From a virus (Duplodnaviria > Heunggongvirae > Uroviricota > Caudoviricetes): a stretch of 14,975 bases of DNA. The DNA lies in the IMG/VR virus record IMGVR_UViG_2700989486_000005, one strand, 5' to 3'. Both the position numbers and the translations under genes were made by a program. The stretch's first letter is position 1. Each line of letters begins with the position of its first letter. This document shows, in pieces, positions 1 through 13,055 of the stretch. The notes beneath the pieces were generated by a model. That model worked only from the letters and a program-made list of their open reading frames with translations, had not been told where the DNA came from and searched no databases.

Positions 1-1465
1 CATGCTTCTCCAGCGTCCGGAGTTCTGCCTGAAGCGTCAGCAGGGCAGCATGAGCACTGTCTTCCTGACGATCGCCCGCAGACACCTTCACGCCGGACTG
101 TTTCGGCTTTTTCAGCGTCGCTTCATAATCCTTTTTCGCCGCCGCCATCAGCGTGTTGTAATCCGCCTGCAGGATTTTCCCGTCTTTCAGTGCCTTGTTC
201 AGTTCTTCCTGACGGGCGGTATATTTCTCCAGCGGCGTCTGCAGCCGTTCGTAAGCCTTCTGCGCCTCTTCGGTATATTTCAGCCGTGACGCTTCGGTAT
301 CGCTCTGCTGCTGCGCATTTTTGTCCTGTTGAGTCTGCTGCTCAGCCTTCTTTCGGGCGGCTTCAAGCGCAAGACGGGCCTTTTCACGATCATCCCAGTA
401 ACGCGCCCGCGCTTCATCGTTAACAAAATAATCATCCTTGCGCAGATTCCAGATGTCGTCTGCTTTCTTAAACGCAGCCTCTGCCTTAATCAGCATCTCC
501 TGCGCGGTATCAGGACGACCGATATCCAGCACCGCATCCCACATGGATTTGAATGCCCGCGCAGTCCTGTCTGCCCAGGTCTCCAGCGTGCCCATGTTCT
601 CTTTCAGGCGGCGGATCTGGTCATCAAACCCTTTCGTTGCGGCCTCGTTCGCCGCCTGCAATGCCCCGGCTTCATCGCCGGAACGCTGCAACTGAGCAAC
701 ATACGCAATCTGCTCCGTCGTCACGTTATGGAACTGGCGTGCCATCGCCGTCAGCCCCGACGTCGGGTCTGTGGTCAGCTTCCCGAAGGCTTCAGCGACC
801 TTGTCCACCTCCACGCCGGATGCAGAGGAGAAACGCGCCACACTCTGGCTGATGGACGCAATCTGAGCCTCACCGCTTACCCCCGCCTTAACCAGTGCGC
901 TGAGTGACTCGCTGGTCTGGTTAAACGTCAGCCCTGCCGCCTGCCCGGCTCTGGACAGGACCAGCATACGATCTGCCGTCAGTCCCGCCTGATTGCCGGA
1001 AAGGACCAGCGTTTTGTTGAAATCGGACAGGGTTGAGTTGCCCTGATACCAGGCATACGCCAGCGCACCGGTCGCCACCGCCAGCGAGGTGGCCCCCACC
1101 ATCGGCAGGGTGATCGCACCGGCAAGCCCCCTGAACATGGGGATCATCCCGCCGAAGGAGTCCTTCACCTGCCCCCCCTGTTGCAGCAGGATCAGCCACG
1201 GACTTTGCCCGCCTGCAAGCTGCGTGGCCACGTCGGTGAACTGTGCAGGCAGCATACGCATGGCGGCTTTATACTGCCCGACGGAAATCCCCGCTTTCTG
1301 TGCAGCCAGCGCCTGTCGGCTCAGCGACTGTTCAACGACTGCCGCTGTTTTTTTCGCATCACTTTCCGTACCGGAAAAATGACGCCTGACTCTGGCCATC
1401 TGCTCGTCAAATCTGGCCGCATCCAGACTCAAATCAACGACCAGATCGCCTACCGGTTCAGCCAT
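1..1465 (-). CDS. H: Tail tape-measure protein, N-terminal ~488 codons; 3' end lies beyond the window start
   Basis: Minus-strand frame is open from the ATG at 1463-1465 to the window edge; the first residues read MAEPVGDLVVDLS, matching lambda gpH as I recall it. Position directly after G/T matches lambda order. Absent from the ORF track because its stop is outside the window. Confidence 0.88.
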   Translation of the reverse strand, partial: MAEPVGDLVVDLSLDAARFDEQMARVRRHFSGTESDAKKTAAVVEQSLSRQALAAQKAGISVGQYKAAMRMLPAQFTDVATQLAGGQSPWLILLQQGGQVKDSFGGMIPMFRGLAGAITLPMVGATSLAVATGALAYAWYQGNSTLSDFNKTLVLSGNQAGLTADRMLVLSRAGQAAGLTFNQTSESLSALVKAGVSGEAQIASISQSVARFSSASGVEVDKVAEAFGKLTTDPTSGLTAMARQFHNVTTEQIAYVAQLQRSGDEAGALQAANEAATKGFDDQIRRLKENMGTLETWADRTARAFKSMWDAVLDIGRPDTAQEMLIKAEAAFKKADDIWNLRKDDYFVNDEARARYWDDREKARLALEAARKKAEQQTQQDKNAQQQSDTEASRLKYTEEAQKAYERLQTPLEKYTARQEELNKALKDGKILQADYNTLMAAAKKDYEATLKKPKQSGVKVSAGDRQEDSAHAALLTLQAELRTLEKH

Positions 1466-1892
1466 ACCGGACTCCTCCTGCGATCCCTTCTGATACTGTC
1501 ATCAGCATTACGTCATCCTCCGTCATGTCCGCCACATCCGGGGAAGCGGGGATAACTTCATTCCCGTCCGGGCCAAAGCGGACACCTCCGGCAAGCCCTG
1601 CCGCTTTCTGCATCAGCACATCATCTTCAGGCTCTTCGTCAGCCTCGCGCCGGTTCAGCAGACTGAAATCCAGCGGATGCATATCCGGATCGCTGAAAAA
1701 CAGGCTGAGCACGGTGTACGTCAGCCCGGAAAAGTGCATATCCAGCAGAACATCATGAAAATAATGGGTACTGTAAAAGCGGTGCCAGTCGGCATACTCC
1801 GTGGATGACATCCCGGCAAGCATGGCACGCCAGTCGGGTCGCCCCATCTCACGCGCCAGTTTCAGGGCAAAACTCAGCTCACCGTCGAACAC
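1458..1892 (-). CDS. T: T segment of the tail assembly chaperone, expressed only as a G-T fusion by -1 frameshift
   Basis: 144-aa ORF in the -1 frame relative to G, overlapping G's 3' end by 19 nt and H's start; length 435 nt equals lambda T; no independent start expected. Confidence 0.85.
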   Translation of the reverse strand: MFDGELSFALKLAREMGRPDWRAMLAGMSSTEYADWHRFYSTHYFHDVLLDMHFSGLTYTVLSLFFSDPDMHPLDFSLLNRREADEEPEDDVLMQKAAGLAGGVRFGPDGNEVIPASPDVADMTEDDVMLMTVSEGIAGGVRYG

Positions 1893-2296
1893 TTTCCCGC
1901 AGAAACAGGCTCTGCGGGCCCGGCGTCCTCTGTCTGTTCAGGGGCATTATTCACCACAAACTCATACATACCAGACAGCCGGTACACCACGTTTTCAGCA
2001 TGAGAAATTGCCTCCGTGGGCCAGGTGGTAAGCACTTCCTGCTCAATCTGTTTAACGGCTTCATTCATGGACGGCATCTGCGTCTTCTGCGGATGGTTAT
2101 GCCACAGGGACATCGCCACCAGAAACGCGCCGGTTCTGATGGCGTCTTCCACAGTAAACTTCCGGTTGCTGTCTGACTCCGCCTGTTCTGCCTGCCGTTT
2201 CATCAGGGCGAGATGCTCAATGCGCTGCAGGGCTGACAGTTCAGAAAGCGTGACGGTCACACCGTTATGTTCAAATGATTCGGTTTTCTGGAACAT
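1874..2296 (-). CDS. G: Tail assembly chaperone G
   Basis: 140-aa ORF (MFQKTESFEHNGVTVTLSEL...) matching lambda gpG length and sequence as recalled; stop TGA at 1874-1876. Confidence 0.92.
   Translation of the reverse strand: MFQKTESFEHNGVTVTLSELSALQRIEHLALMKRQAEQAESDSNRKFTVEDAIRTGAFLVAMSLWHNHPQKTQMPSMNEAVKQIEQEVLTTWPTEAISHAENVVYRLSGMYEFVVNNAPEQTEDAGPAEPVSAGKCSTVS
1892..1898 (-). other. Programmed -1 ribosomal frameshift slippery heptamer G GGA AAG (G to G-T)
   Basis: Plus-strand ctttccc at 1892-1898 is the reverse complement of GGGAAAG, placed so that GGA and AAG are G-frame codons (Gly-Lys) six codons before the G stop. Same position as the lambda G/T frameshift site. Confidence 0.8.
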
Positions 2297-2311
2297 CGCT
2301 GACTCTCCGGA

Positions 2312-3052
2312 TTAACTGGCGGTGACGGTAATTTCTGCAACCGCAGCAAACTCACCATTACCGGATACAACCGGAATGTTGACCTTGCCTGCAGCAACGC
2401 CGTTCACGGTGATGGTCATACCACTGACCGACACGGTGGCTTTTGTTTTATCCGCAGACACCGCACGAAAGCTCTTGTCGGTTACGCCCTCCGGCTGGAA
2501 GGCCACGGTCAGCGTGGTGCTCTGCCCTTTCACCACCGAGGTGCTGGAAGGCGTCACGGTCATGCCGGTTGCCGCTGTTACCGTGCTGCGATCTTCTGCC
2601 ATCGACGGACGTCCCACATTGGTGACTTTCACCGTGCGGGTGATCACTTCCTTCGCCGTCACCGCCTTACCGATACTGCTGACCCAGCCACGGAACACAT
2701 CGACCGTGCCGTTCGGGAAGCGGATTTTATAGGCTCGGGTATCGCCTTCATTAAACCACGCCAGCAGCGCCTGCTGCCCCTGCTCTCCGGGCATCCACGC
2801 CAGCGTGAAGCTGGTATCTCCGGCAGATTTCTGCCCCTGCCCGGTCGCAGTCCAGTCTGCATCTTCATCATCGAGATAGCTGTCGTCATAGGACTCAGCG
2901 GTCAGTTCGCCGGGCGTCAGGTCTTTAACTTTTGCCAGACGCGACCAGTCAACGTCTGAAAGCGGATTCGCATAAGGGTCACCGCTCCCCTTATAAACCC
3001 ACAGGGTGGTCCCGGCACCTTTCACCGGCATTGTAGGATTTGGTACAGGCAT
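2312..3052 (-). CDS. V: Major tail tube protein
   Basis: Track ORF 2312..3082 is a 5'-extension; residues from [22 protein letters not shown] match lambda gpV (246 aa), so the start is set at 3052. Confidence 0.92.
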   Translation of the reverse strand: MPVPNPTMPVKGAGTTLWVYKGSGDPYANPLSDVDWSRLAKVKDLTPGELTAESYDDSYLDDEDADWTATGQGQKSAGDTSFTLAWMPGEQGQQALLAWFNEGDTRAYKIRFPNGTVDVFRGWVSSIGKAVTAKEVITRTVKVTNVGRPSMAEDRSTVTAATGMTVTPSSTSVVKGQSTTLTVAFQPEGVTDKSFRAVSADKTKATVSVSGMTITVNGVAAGKVNIPVVSGNGEFAAVAEITVTAS

Positions 3053-3059
3053 AGCGTCC

Positions 3060-3455
3060 TCACATTTCATAGGTAATGACATAAGTCAGATCGGCTGAAC
3101 TCCACAGGCCCGCATCATCGTCGCGCCGGTAGTCATAGCCACTGGCCACCATACTGGTGATCAAATCTGACAGTGCCGGGATATCGCTCATCACCGGATA
3201 AATCCGGGACTCCATCCACGCATCCAGCTCTGAATCCGGCACCTGAGCAGGCAGGAAAACTTCGATATGCAGCTCCGCCTGCCAGGTATCGCTGTCCAGC
3301 TCTTCGCCCGTGTATTCAGCGCCGGTGAGATAAACGGCAACTGCCGGAAAATCCGCCTCATCAAAAACAGCGGGGCGACCATCAAAAAACGTCGCCCCGG
3401 TGTCATGCTTCTCCAGTGCATCCAGTACGGCTGCACGGAGTTCAGTATGTTTCAT
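3060..3455 (-). CDS. U: Tail terminator protein
   Basis: 131-aa ORF ([28 protein letters not shown]...) with lambda gpU length and position; 4-nt overlap with Z. Confidence 0.92.
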   Translation of the reverse strand: MKHTELRAAVLDALEKHDTGATFFDGRPAVFDEADFPAVAVYLTGAEYTGEELDSDTWQAELHIEVFLPAQVPDSELDAWMESRIYPVMSDIPALSDLITSMVASGYDYRRDDDAGLWSSADLTYVITYEM

Positions 3456-4030
3456 CGCTTTATTACCATCCTCAGTTGATGCTGCAGCGCATAGCCCAGC
3501 TCTTTCGGAAGACGTTCACGCCGTATCCGCTCAATATTTTGTTTAAACGCCGTGGTCAGCGGCACCGCCATCGGGATTTTCACCACATCAATGGGGTAAC
3601 GGTTTTTCCCGGCCACACGCTGCATGACATGCCACCGGCCATTTTTCAGTTGCTGAATAAACGCGCCGGGAATACGACGGTTACCCACCACAAGCACGCT
3701 GCCGCCACCTTTCAGGGATGAACGCTGCCCCTTTTTACGACGCCTGCGGCGCGAAAGGACAACCCGCGCATTACCCAGCTTGATTACGGGCAAATCCCCC
3801 CGGTTAACTTTGATTCTGGCCTGCGGATTTTTGACCGTGGCCCTTTTCAGCCTGGCCCTTTCCTTTACCAGTTTCCGGCGTACCTTTGTCTCACGGGCAA
3901 CCTGTGACGCCGACTGCGATATCGCGGATGAAGCAACGCGGTTAATGGCCATTGCGGCGGCACCAGGCACCGCCGTTTTGCTGATACGGCTGAGGTTTTC
4001 AACGGCCTGCTCAAGACCTTTTATGGCCAT
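3452..4030 (-). CDS. Z: Tail completion protein
   Basis: 192-aa ORF in the lambda gpZ position with the same length; 4-nt start/stop overlap with U. Confidence 0.9.
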   Translation of the reverse strand: MAIKGLEQAVENLSRISKTAVPGAAAMAINRVASSAISQSASQVARETKVRRKLVKERARLKRATVKNPQARIKVNRGDLPVIKLGNARVVLSRRRRRKKGQRSSLKGGGSVLVVGNRRIPGAFIQQLKNGRWHVMQRVAGKNRYPIDVVKIPMAVPLTTAFKQNIERIRRERLPKELGYALQHQLRMVIKR

Positions 4031-4041
4031 ACATCCCCCTT

Positions 4042-4395
4042 TCAGCGGCGACGGTTAACGGCAGGCGGTACGCCCCGTCCAAGCCAGAGATGACAACTTC
4101 CGCCATCATCCGGCGAAACCCGATCTACCCAGAAATTTTCCTCACCGATGGTCAGCGTGTCTCCACGCCGCAGCTGCCGCACCTCATCAGTCCGGACAAA
4201 CAGGGACGGGCTGGAGCCTTCAACGCGCACGCCCTGTCCGGCATAGCTGATATTTTCAGGGTCATCAAAAACACCACGTATCACCGCACCTGACTGCTCA
4301 CCGGATGTAATGGTGGCTGACGTTCCCATGTACCCGCGTATCGTTTCATCGGCGCGGGCAATGGCAGCATCGAACAGGTTATCGAAATCAGCCAC
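4042..4395 (-). CDS. FII: Head-tail connector / head completion protein
   Basis: 117-aa ORF (MADFDNLFDAAIARADETIRGYMG...) matching lambda gpFII in length and position. Confidence 0.9.
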   Translation of the reverse strand: MADFDNLFDAAIARADETIRGYMGTSATITSGEQSGAVIRGVFDDPENISYAGQGVRVEGSSPSLFVRTDEVRQLRRGDTLTIGEENFWVDRVSPDDGGSCHLWLGRGVPPAVNRRR

Positions 4396-4406
4396 AGCGC
4401 CTCCCG

Positions 4407-4805
4407 TTATTGCATTCTGGCCAGGCCGCGCTCTGTCATTTCGGCTGCCACACCGGCAGAGACACGAAACGCCGTTCCCGGCAGCACAAATGCCACAGGT
4501 TCATCCCGCGTGGCGTGAAGTGCATCAGTATGCAGCTTCACCAGTGCCACGACCGTGACCAGTTCAGACGTATCCAGAATCACGGTATCCGGCTGCGCTG
4601 ATCCCACCTCATTTTCATGTCCGGTCAGCACATTTTCCCGGCTGAGAGGGGTGTCCTGACCGGCAGTTTCATCCGTGTCATCAAGCTCCTCTTCCAGCTC
4701 TGCCACACGGAGCGCCAGTTCTTCTTTCGTCCCCGTCAGGCTGACATCACGGTTCAGTTGTTCACCCAGCGAGCGGAGACGGGCAATCAGTTCATCTTTC
4801 GTCAT
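4407..4805 (-). CDS. FI: DNA packaging accessory protein
   Basis: Track ORF 4407..4844 is 5'-extended; residues from MTKDELIARLRSLGEQLNRDVSLTG match lambda gpFI (132 aa). Confidence 0.9.
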   Translation of the reverse strand: MTKDELIARLRSLGEQLNRDVSLTGTKEELALRVAELEEELDDTDETAGQDTPLSRENVLTGHENEVGSAQPDTVILDTSELVTVVALVKLHTDALHATRDEPVAFVLPGTAFRVSAGVAAEMTERGLARMQ

Positions 4806-4846
4806 GGACTCCTCCACAGAGAAACAATGGCCCCGAAGGGCCATGA

Positions 4847-5872
4847 TTACGCCAGTTGTACGGACACGAACTCATCAGGGTCAGCCAGCAGCATCAGCGG
4901 TGCTGACTGAATCATGGTGAACTCACGCGCCGGATCGCCGGTGGTCACCCAGTTTTTCGGGTAACGGGCAGAGGCGTTAATGCCTTCGCGCTGTGCGTCC
5001 GCATCCTGAATGCAGCCATAGGTGCGCAGACCGCGTGCCTGAGTGTTCCCCAGCACCATCGTGTTGTCCGGCAGGAAGTTCTTTTTGACGCCGTTTTCCA
5101 CGTACTGTCCGGAATACACGACGATGGCCACATCGCCATACATCCCCTTATAGGACACCGCTTTACCTAGGTCTTTCACCGCTGTCTCCAGCTCGGAATT
5201 AGAGCCACGACGGGTATCCAGCTTCTCCTTGACGGCTTTGAAGGAACGGAACAGCGCCCAGCCTTTCGGATCGAACACGATGATATTCACCACACCGCTG
5301 GCGTTCAGCGCGTAGGCTTCGATATCGTCGGTCGGGTCATACGTGGACTTGTCACGCTTGCTCCACTCCGTGCCGCCGGACTGCGTGATGTTATTCTCCT
5401 CACTGCGGCCCATATCCACCTCAACCGGATCGAAGGCTTCACCGGTCATGGTGTATTTGCCCTTAAGCACGGCAGAAACTGCCTGCATCTCTTCGACCTG
5501 AGCAATGGCCAGCTCTTCGTCACGCATGTTCTGCATGATGATGCGACGGCGGCGGTAAGCCGGGTCCGCCAGATTCTGCGGATCTTCATCCGGCAGGCGA
5601 CGCAGGGTCATCTGCGGATTCACTTCATGCTTCGGCTTGACATATCCCGGCGTAAATTCAGAGGTGGAGCCGCCACGGGAACGGATAACCTCACCGGAAA
5701 CAATCGGCGAAACGTACAGCGCCATGTTTACCAGTCCCGGAATTTGTGAGAGATAGACTTTCTCCGTGGTGAAGGGATAGCTCTCACGGAAAAAGAGACG
5801 CAGAAACAGCGGATCAAACTTAAATTTCTGCTCATTTGCCGCCAGCAGTTGGGCGGTTGTGTACATCGACAT
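4847..5872 (-). CDS. E: Major capsid protein
   Basis: Track ORF 4847..5899 is 5'-extended; residues from MSMYTTAQLLAANEQKFKFDPLFLRLFF match lambda gpE (341 aa). Confidence 0.95.
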   Translation of the reverse strand: MSMYTTAQLLAANEQKFKFDPLFLRLFFRESYPFTTEKVYLSQIPGLVNMALYVSPIVSGEVIRSRGGSTSEFTPGYVKPKHEVNPQMTLRRLPDEDPQNLADPAYRRRRIIMQNMRDEELAIAQVEEMQAVSAVLKGKYTMTGEAFDPVEVDMGRSEENNITQSGGTEWSKRDKSTYDPTDDIEAYALNASGVVNIIVFDPKGWALFRSFKAVKEKLDTRRGSNSELETAVKDLGKAVSYKGMYGDVAIVVYSGQYVENGVKKNFLPDNTMVLGNTQARGLRTYGCIQDADAQREGINASARYPKNWVTTGDPAREFTMIQSAPLMLLADPDEFVSVQLA

Positions 5873-5927
5873 AAAAAAATCCCGTAAAAAAAGCCGCACA
5901 GGCGGCCTTTAGTGATGAAGGGTAAAG

Positions 5928-6260
5928 TTAAACGATGCTGATTGCCGTTCCGGCAAACGCGGTCCGTTTTTTCGTCTCGTCGCTGGCAGCCTCCGGCCAG
6001 AGCACATCCTCATAACGGAACGTGCCGGACTTGTAGAACGTCAGCGTGGTGCTGGTCTGGTCAGCAGCAACCGCAAGAATGCCAACGGCAGCACCGTCGG
6101 TGGTGCCATCCCACGCAACCAGCTTACGGCTGGAGGTGTCCAGCATCAGCGGGGTCATTGCAGGCGCTTTCGCACTCAATCCGCCGGGCGCGGTTGCGGT
6201 ATGAGCCGGGTCACTGTTGCCCTGCGGCTGGTAATGGGTAAAGGTTTCTTTGCTCGTCAT
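5928..6260 (-). CDS. D: Capsid decoration / stabilisation protein
   Basis: Residues from [27 protein letters not shown] match lambda gpD (110 aa); the track adds two codons at the 5' end. Confidence 0.95.
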
Positions 6261-6269
6261 AAACATCCC

Positions 6270-6875
6270 TTACACTGGTGTGTTCAGCAAATCGTTAACG
6301 GCATCAGATGCCGGGTTACCTGCAGCCAGCGGTGCCGGTGCCCCCTGCATCAGACGATCCAGCGCAGTGTCACTGCGCGCCTGTGCACTCTGTGGTGCTG
6401 CGGCCAGAATGCGGCGGGCCGTTTTCACGGTCATACCGGGGGTTTCTGCCAGCACGCGTGCCTGTTCTTCGCGTCCGTGAGCCTCCTCACAGTTGAGGAT
6501 CCCCATAATGCGGCTGTTTTCTGCCGCAACCGCTGCGGTGATCTGCGCGTTCACGTCCGGCTGCGCCGCGCTGGCGTTCTCGCCCTCCGTCGCTGGCACC
6601 ACGTCAGTAACGTCAGCCTGCGAAGCAGTGGCTGAAACAGTTGTTGATTGAGTCTCTTTGGTCATTCGCCCTCCTGAGAGACGGGATTTACGTGCATCCA
6701 GTGCATCACGCATGACGGTGATCGCATCGGTGCTGTTAACAAGTTCATCAGCCAGTCCGGCATCAATGGCCTCCTGACCGCTGTACACTGCAGCCTCGGT
6801 ATCCAGCACAGCCTGCACGGACAGGCCGGTATATGCCGACACCTTCTGCGCAAACATCCGGCGGGTTGCGTCCAT
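6270..6875 (-). CDS. nu3: Scaffolding protein Nu3, nested in-frame in the 3' third of C
   Basis: In-frame ATG at 6873-6875 (MDATRRMFAQKVSAYTG...) sharing the C stop codon; corresponds to the lambda C/Nu3 nested arrangement. The internal start is inferred by homology of position, not proven from sequence. Confidence 0.7.
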   Translation of the reverse strand: MDATRRMFAQKVSAYTGLSVQAVLDTEAAVYSGQEAIDAGLADELVNSTDAITVMRDALDARKSRLSGGRMTKETQSTTVSATASQADVTDVVPATEGENASAAQPDVNAQITAAVAAENSRIMGILNCEEAHGREEQARVLAETPGMTVKTARRILAAAPQSAQARSDTALDRLMQGAPAPLAAGNPASDAVNDLLNTPV

Positions 6876-7569
6876 CCGGGACTGCAGTGTCTCCCGGACG
6901 TCATCCGGAAGATGGCTGTAGGGGTTGCCATCCACCTTATGGCTGCCGCTGTAAATCAGCGTGATTTCCACACCCTGTTTCTCCAGCGCAGCACCGTAAT
7001 TACTGTGAGCCATCATGACGCCGATGGAGCCTGTCCGGGCGGTCTGCGTGACCAGACGCCGGGAGGCGGCACTGGCAAGCAACTGACCTGCACTGCAGTT
7101 CATGTCGTTGGCAAGCGCCCATACCGGTTTTATGTCACGCACACGGGCGATGATGTCAGCGCAGTCAAATGCCCCCGCCACCATCCCGCCGGGCGTGTCC
7201 ATATCGAGCAGAATGCCGTCCACCATCGGATCGCTGGCAGCCTGTTGCAGACGGGCGATAATGCCGTTGTAACCGGTCATCCCCGAGTACGGCTGCAGCG
7301 CCCGCGTCCGGCTGACCAGCGTGCCGGACACCGGCAGCACGGCGATGCCGTTCATGACCTGATAACTGCGGGCCTGTCGTGGTCCGTCATCATCACCGGA
7401 TAATGCCAGCGTCGCGAGTGCCTCCTGGGCAGTCAGGCTGTCGCCGGACACCGCATCCGTCAGGCGGCTGATCCCAAGCTGGCCTGCAAGCGCACAAAAG
7501 AAAACCCGCGCATAGGCGGGTTCAAGCATCAGCGGCTCATTAAAGGCCATGCTGGCAATATGCGGGAGA

Positions 7570-7589
<20 letters not shown>
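6270..7589 (-). CDS. C: Capsid maturation protease/scaffold C (S49/ClpP-like), 439 aa
   Basis: Track ORF 6270..7724 is 5'-extended through an open frame; residues from (V/M)TAELRNLPHIASMAFNEPLMLEPAY match lambda gpC. Likely GTG start at 7587-7589, overlapping the 3' end of B by 20 nt as in lambda. Confidence 0.9.
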
Positions 7590-11270
<3,681 letters not shown>

Positions 11271-11296
<26 letters not shown>

Positions 11297-11816
11297 TCAG
11301 CAACCCCGGTATCAGTTCATCCAGCGCGGCTGCTTTGTTCATGGCTTTGATGATATCCCGTTTCAGGAAATCAACATGTCGGTTTTCCAGTTCCGGAAAA
11401 CGCCGCTGCACCGACAGGGGGAGCCCGTCGAGAATACTGGCAATTTCACCTGCGATCCGCGACAACACGAAAGTACAGAATGCGGTTTCCACCACTTCAG
11501 CGGAGTCTCTGGCATTCTTCAGTTCCTGTGCGTCGGCCTGCGCACGCGTAAGTCGATGGCGTTCGTACTCAATAGTTCCTGGCTGGAGATCTGCCTCGCT
11601 GGCCTGCCGCAGTTCTTCAACCTCCCGGCGCAGCTTTTCGTTCTCAATTTCAGCATCCCTTTCGGCATACCATTTTATGACGGCGGCAGAGTCATAAAGC
11701 ACCTCATTACCCTTGCCACCGCCTCGCAGAACGGGCATTCCCTGTTCCTGCCAGTTCTGAATGGTACGGATACTCGCACCGAAAATGTCAGCCAGCTGCT
11801 TTTTGTTGACTTCCAT
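11271..11816 (-). CDS. nu1: Terminase small subunit (cosB-binding)
   Basis: 181-aa ORF (MEVNKKQLADIFGASIRTIQNWQEQGMPVLRGGGKGNEVLYDSAAVIKWYAERDAEIENEKLRREVEELRQ...) matching lambda gpNu1; N-terminal winged helix-turn-helix; lies immediately next to cos. Confidence 0.95.
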
Positions 11817-12040
11817 TGTTCATTCCACGGCCAAAAACAGAGAAAGGAAACGACAAAGGCCCAAAAGTTCGTTTTCAGCACCTGTCGTTTCCTTTCTTTT
11901 CAGGGGGTATTTTAAATAAAAACATTAAGTTACGACGAAGAAGAACGGAAACGCCTTAAACCGGAAAATTTTCATAAATAGCGAAAACCCGCGAGGTCGC
12001 CGCCCCGTAACCTGTCGGATCGCCGGAAAGGACCCGCAAA
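11817..12040. other. cos region: cosB (Nu1/IHF sites), cosN with the 12-nt cohesive-end sequence, and cosQ
   Basis: Plus strand at about 11994-12005 reads aggtcgccgccc, the reverse complement of the lambda cohesive end GGGCGGCGACCT. Flanks match lambda left-end (gcgaaaacccgcgaggtcgccgccc) and right-end (cgtaacctgtcggat) sequences joined head to tail. An AT-rich IHF-type segment lies at about 11900-11950. Confidence 0.85.
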
Positions 12041-12204
12041 ATGATAATAATTATCATCTACATGTCACAACGTGCATCTACGCCATCAAACCACGTCAAA
12101 TAATCAATTATGACGCAGGTATCGTATTAATTGATCCGCATCAACTTAACGTAAAAACAACTTCAGACAATACAAATCAGCGACACTGAATACGGGGCAA
12201 CCTC

Positions 12205-12399
12205 ATGTCAACGAAGAACAGAACCCGCAGAACAACAACCCGCAACATCCGCTTTCCTAACCAAATGATTGAACAAATTAACATCGCTCTTGATCAAAAA
12301 GGGTCCGGGAATTTCTCAGCCTGGGTCATTGAAGCCTGCCGTCGGAGGCTAACGTCAGAAAAGAGAGCATATACATCAATTAAAAGTGATGAAGAATGA
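12205..12399 (+). CDS. Small basic protein with predicted ribbon-helix-helix (Arc/CopG-like) DNA-binding fold; function unknown
   Basis: 64-aa ORF with ATG start. Basic N-terminus (MSTKNRTRRTTTRNIRF), then a beta-strand / helix / GSGN turn / helix pattern (NIRFPNQMIEQINIALDQKGSGNFSAWVIEACRRRL). Same size and position as the small ORF next to cos in lambda and, as I recall, ylcI of the K-12 DLP12 prophage. Opposite strand to the late operon. Confidence 0.6.
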   Translation: MSTKNRTRRTTTRNIRFPNQMIEQINIALDQKGSGNFSAWVIEACRRRLTSEKRAYTSIKSDEE

Positions 12400-12492
12400 A
12401 CATCCCGCGTTCTTCCCTCCGAACAGGACGATATTGTAAATTCACTTAATTACGAGGGCATTGCAGTAATTGAGTTGCAGTTTTACCACTTT

Positions 12493-12530
12493 CCTGACAG
12501 TGACAGACTGCGTGTTGGCTCTGTCACAGG
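12493..12530. terminator. Candidate stem-loop between convergent ORFs (gtgacaga ... tctgtcac, ~8-bp stem, 12-nt loop)
   Basis: Inverted repeat seen in the sequence between the stop of the 64-aa ORF and the stop of the 68-aa ORF; no clear U-tract, so terminator function is uncertain. Confidence 0.3.
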
Positions 12531-12563
12531 TTAAGTAGTTTGAATGATTAGCAGTTATGGTGA

Positions 12564-12770
12564 TCAGTCAACCACCAGGGAATAATCCTTCATATTATTA
12601 TCGTGCTTCACCAACGCTGCCTCAATTGCCCTGAATGCTTCCAGAGACACCTTATGTTCTATACATGCAATTACAACATCAGGGTAACTCATAGAAATGG
12701 TGCTATTAAGCATATTTTTTACACGAATCAGATCCACGGAGGGATCATCAGCAGATTGTTCTTTATTCAT
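12564..12770 (-). CDS. Small acidic hypothetical protein (68 aa)
   Basis: ATG start with GGAG Shine-Dalgarno about 8 nt upstream on the minus strand. Same size and position as a lambda right-end ORF and, as I recall, ybcW of DLP12. No recognisable catalytic motif or transmembrane segment. Confidence 0.6.
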
Positions 12771-13055
12771 TTTGTCGCTCCATGCGCTTGCTCTTCATCT
12801 AGCGGTTAAAATATTACTTCAAATCTTTCTGTATGAAGATTTGAGCACGTTGGCCTTACATACATCTGTCGGTTGTATTTCCCTCCAGAATGCCAGCAGG
12901 ACCGCACTTTGTTACACAACCAATACTATTAATTGAAAACATTCCTAATATTTGACATAAATCATCAACAAAACACAAAGAGGTCAGACCAGATTGAAAC
13001 GATAAAAACGATAATGCAAACTACGCGCCCTCGTATCACATGGAAGGTTTTACCA

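Noticed and set aside
2-1555. Plus-strand track ORFs (2..289, 190..423, 329..907, 438..695, 553..852, 1089..1382, 1181..1555) and minus ORF 921..1199
   Set aside because: They lie antisense to, or out of frame within, the tape-measure gene H, whose minus-strand frame is open across the whole interval. They are typical spurious ORFs in GC-rich coding DNA with no independent support.
11817-12204. Possible protein-coding gene spanning cos
   Set aside because: No ORF of meaningful length; the region is occupied by the known cosB/cosN/cosQ packaging signals and IHF-type AT-rich DNA.
12603-12936. Plus-strand ORFs 12603..12809 and 12697..12936
   Set aside because: Antisense to the 68-aa minus-strand ORF and running into its promoter region; the Cys/His-rich, low-complexity translation has no ribosome-binding site. 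Judged less likely than the minus-strand gene, which has a GGAG Shine-Dalgarno.
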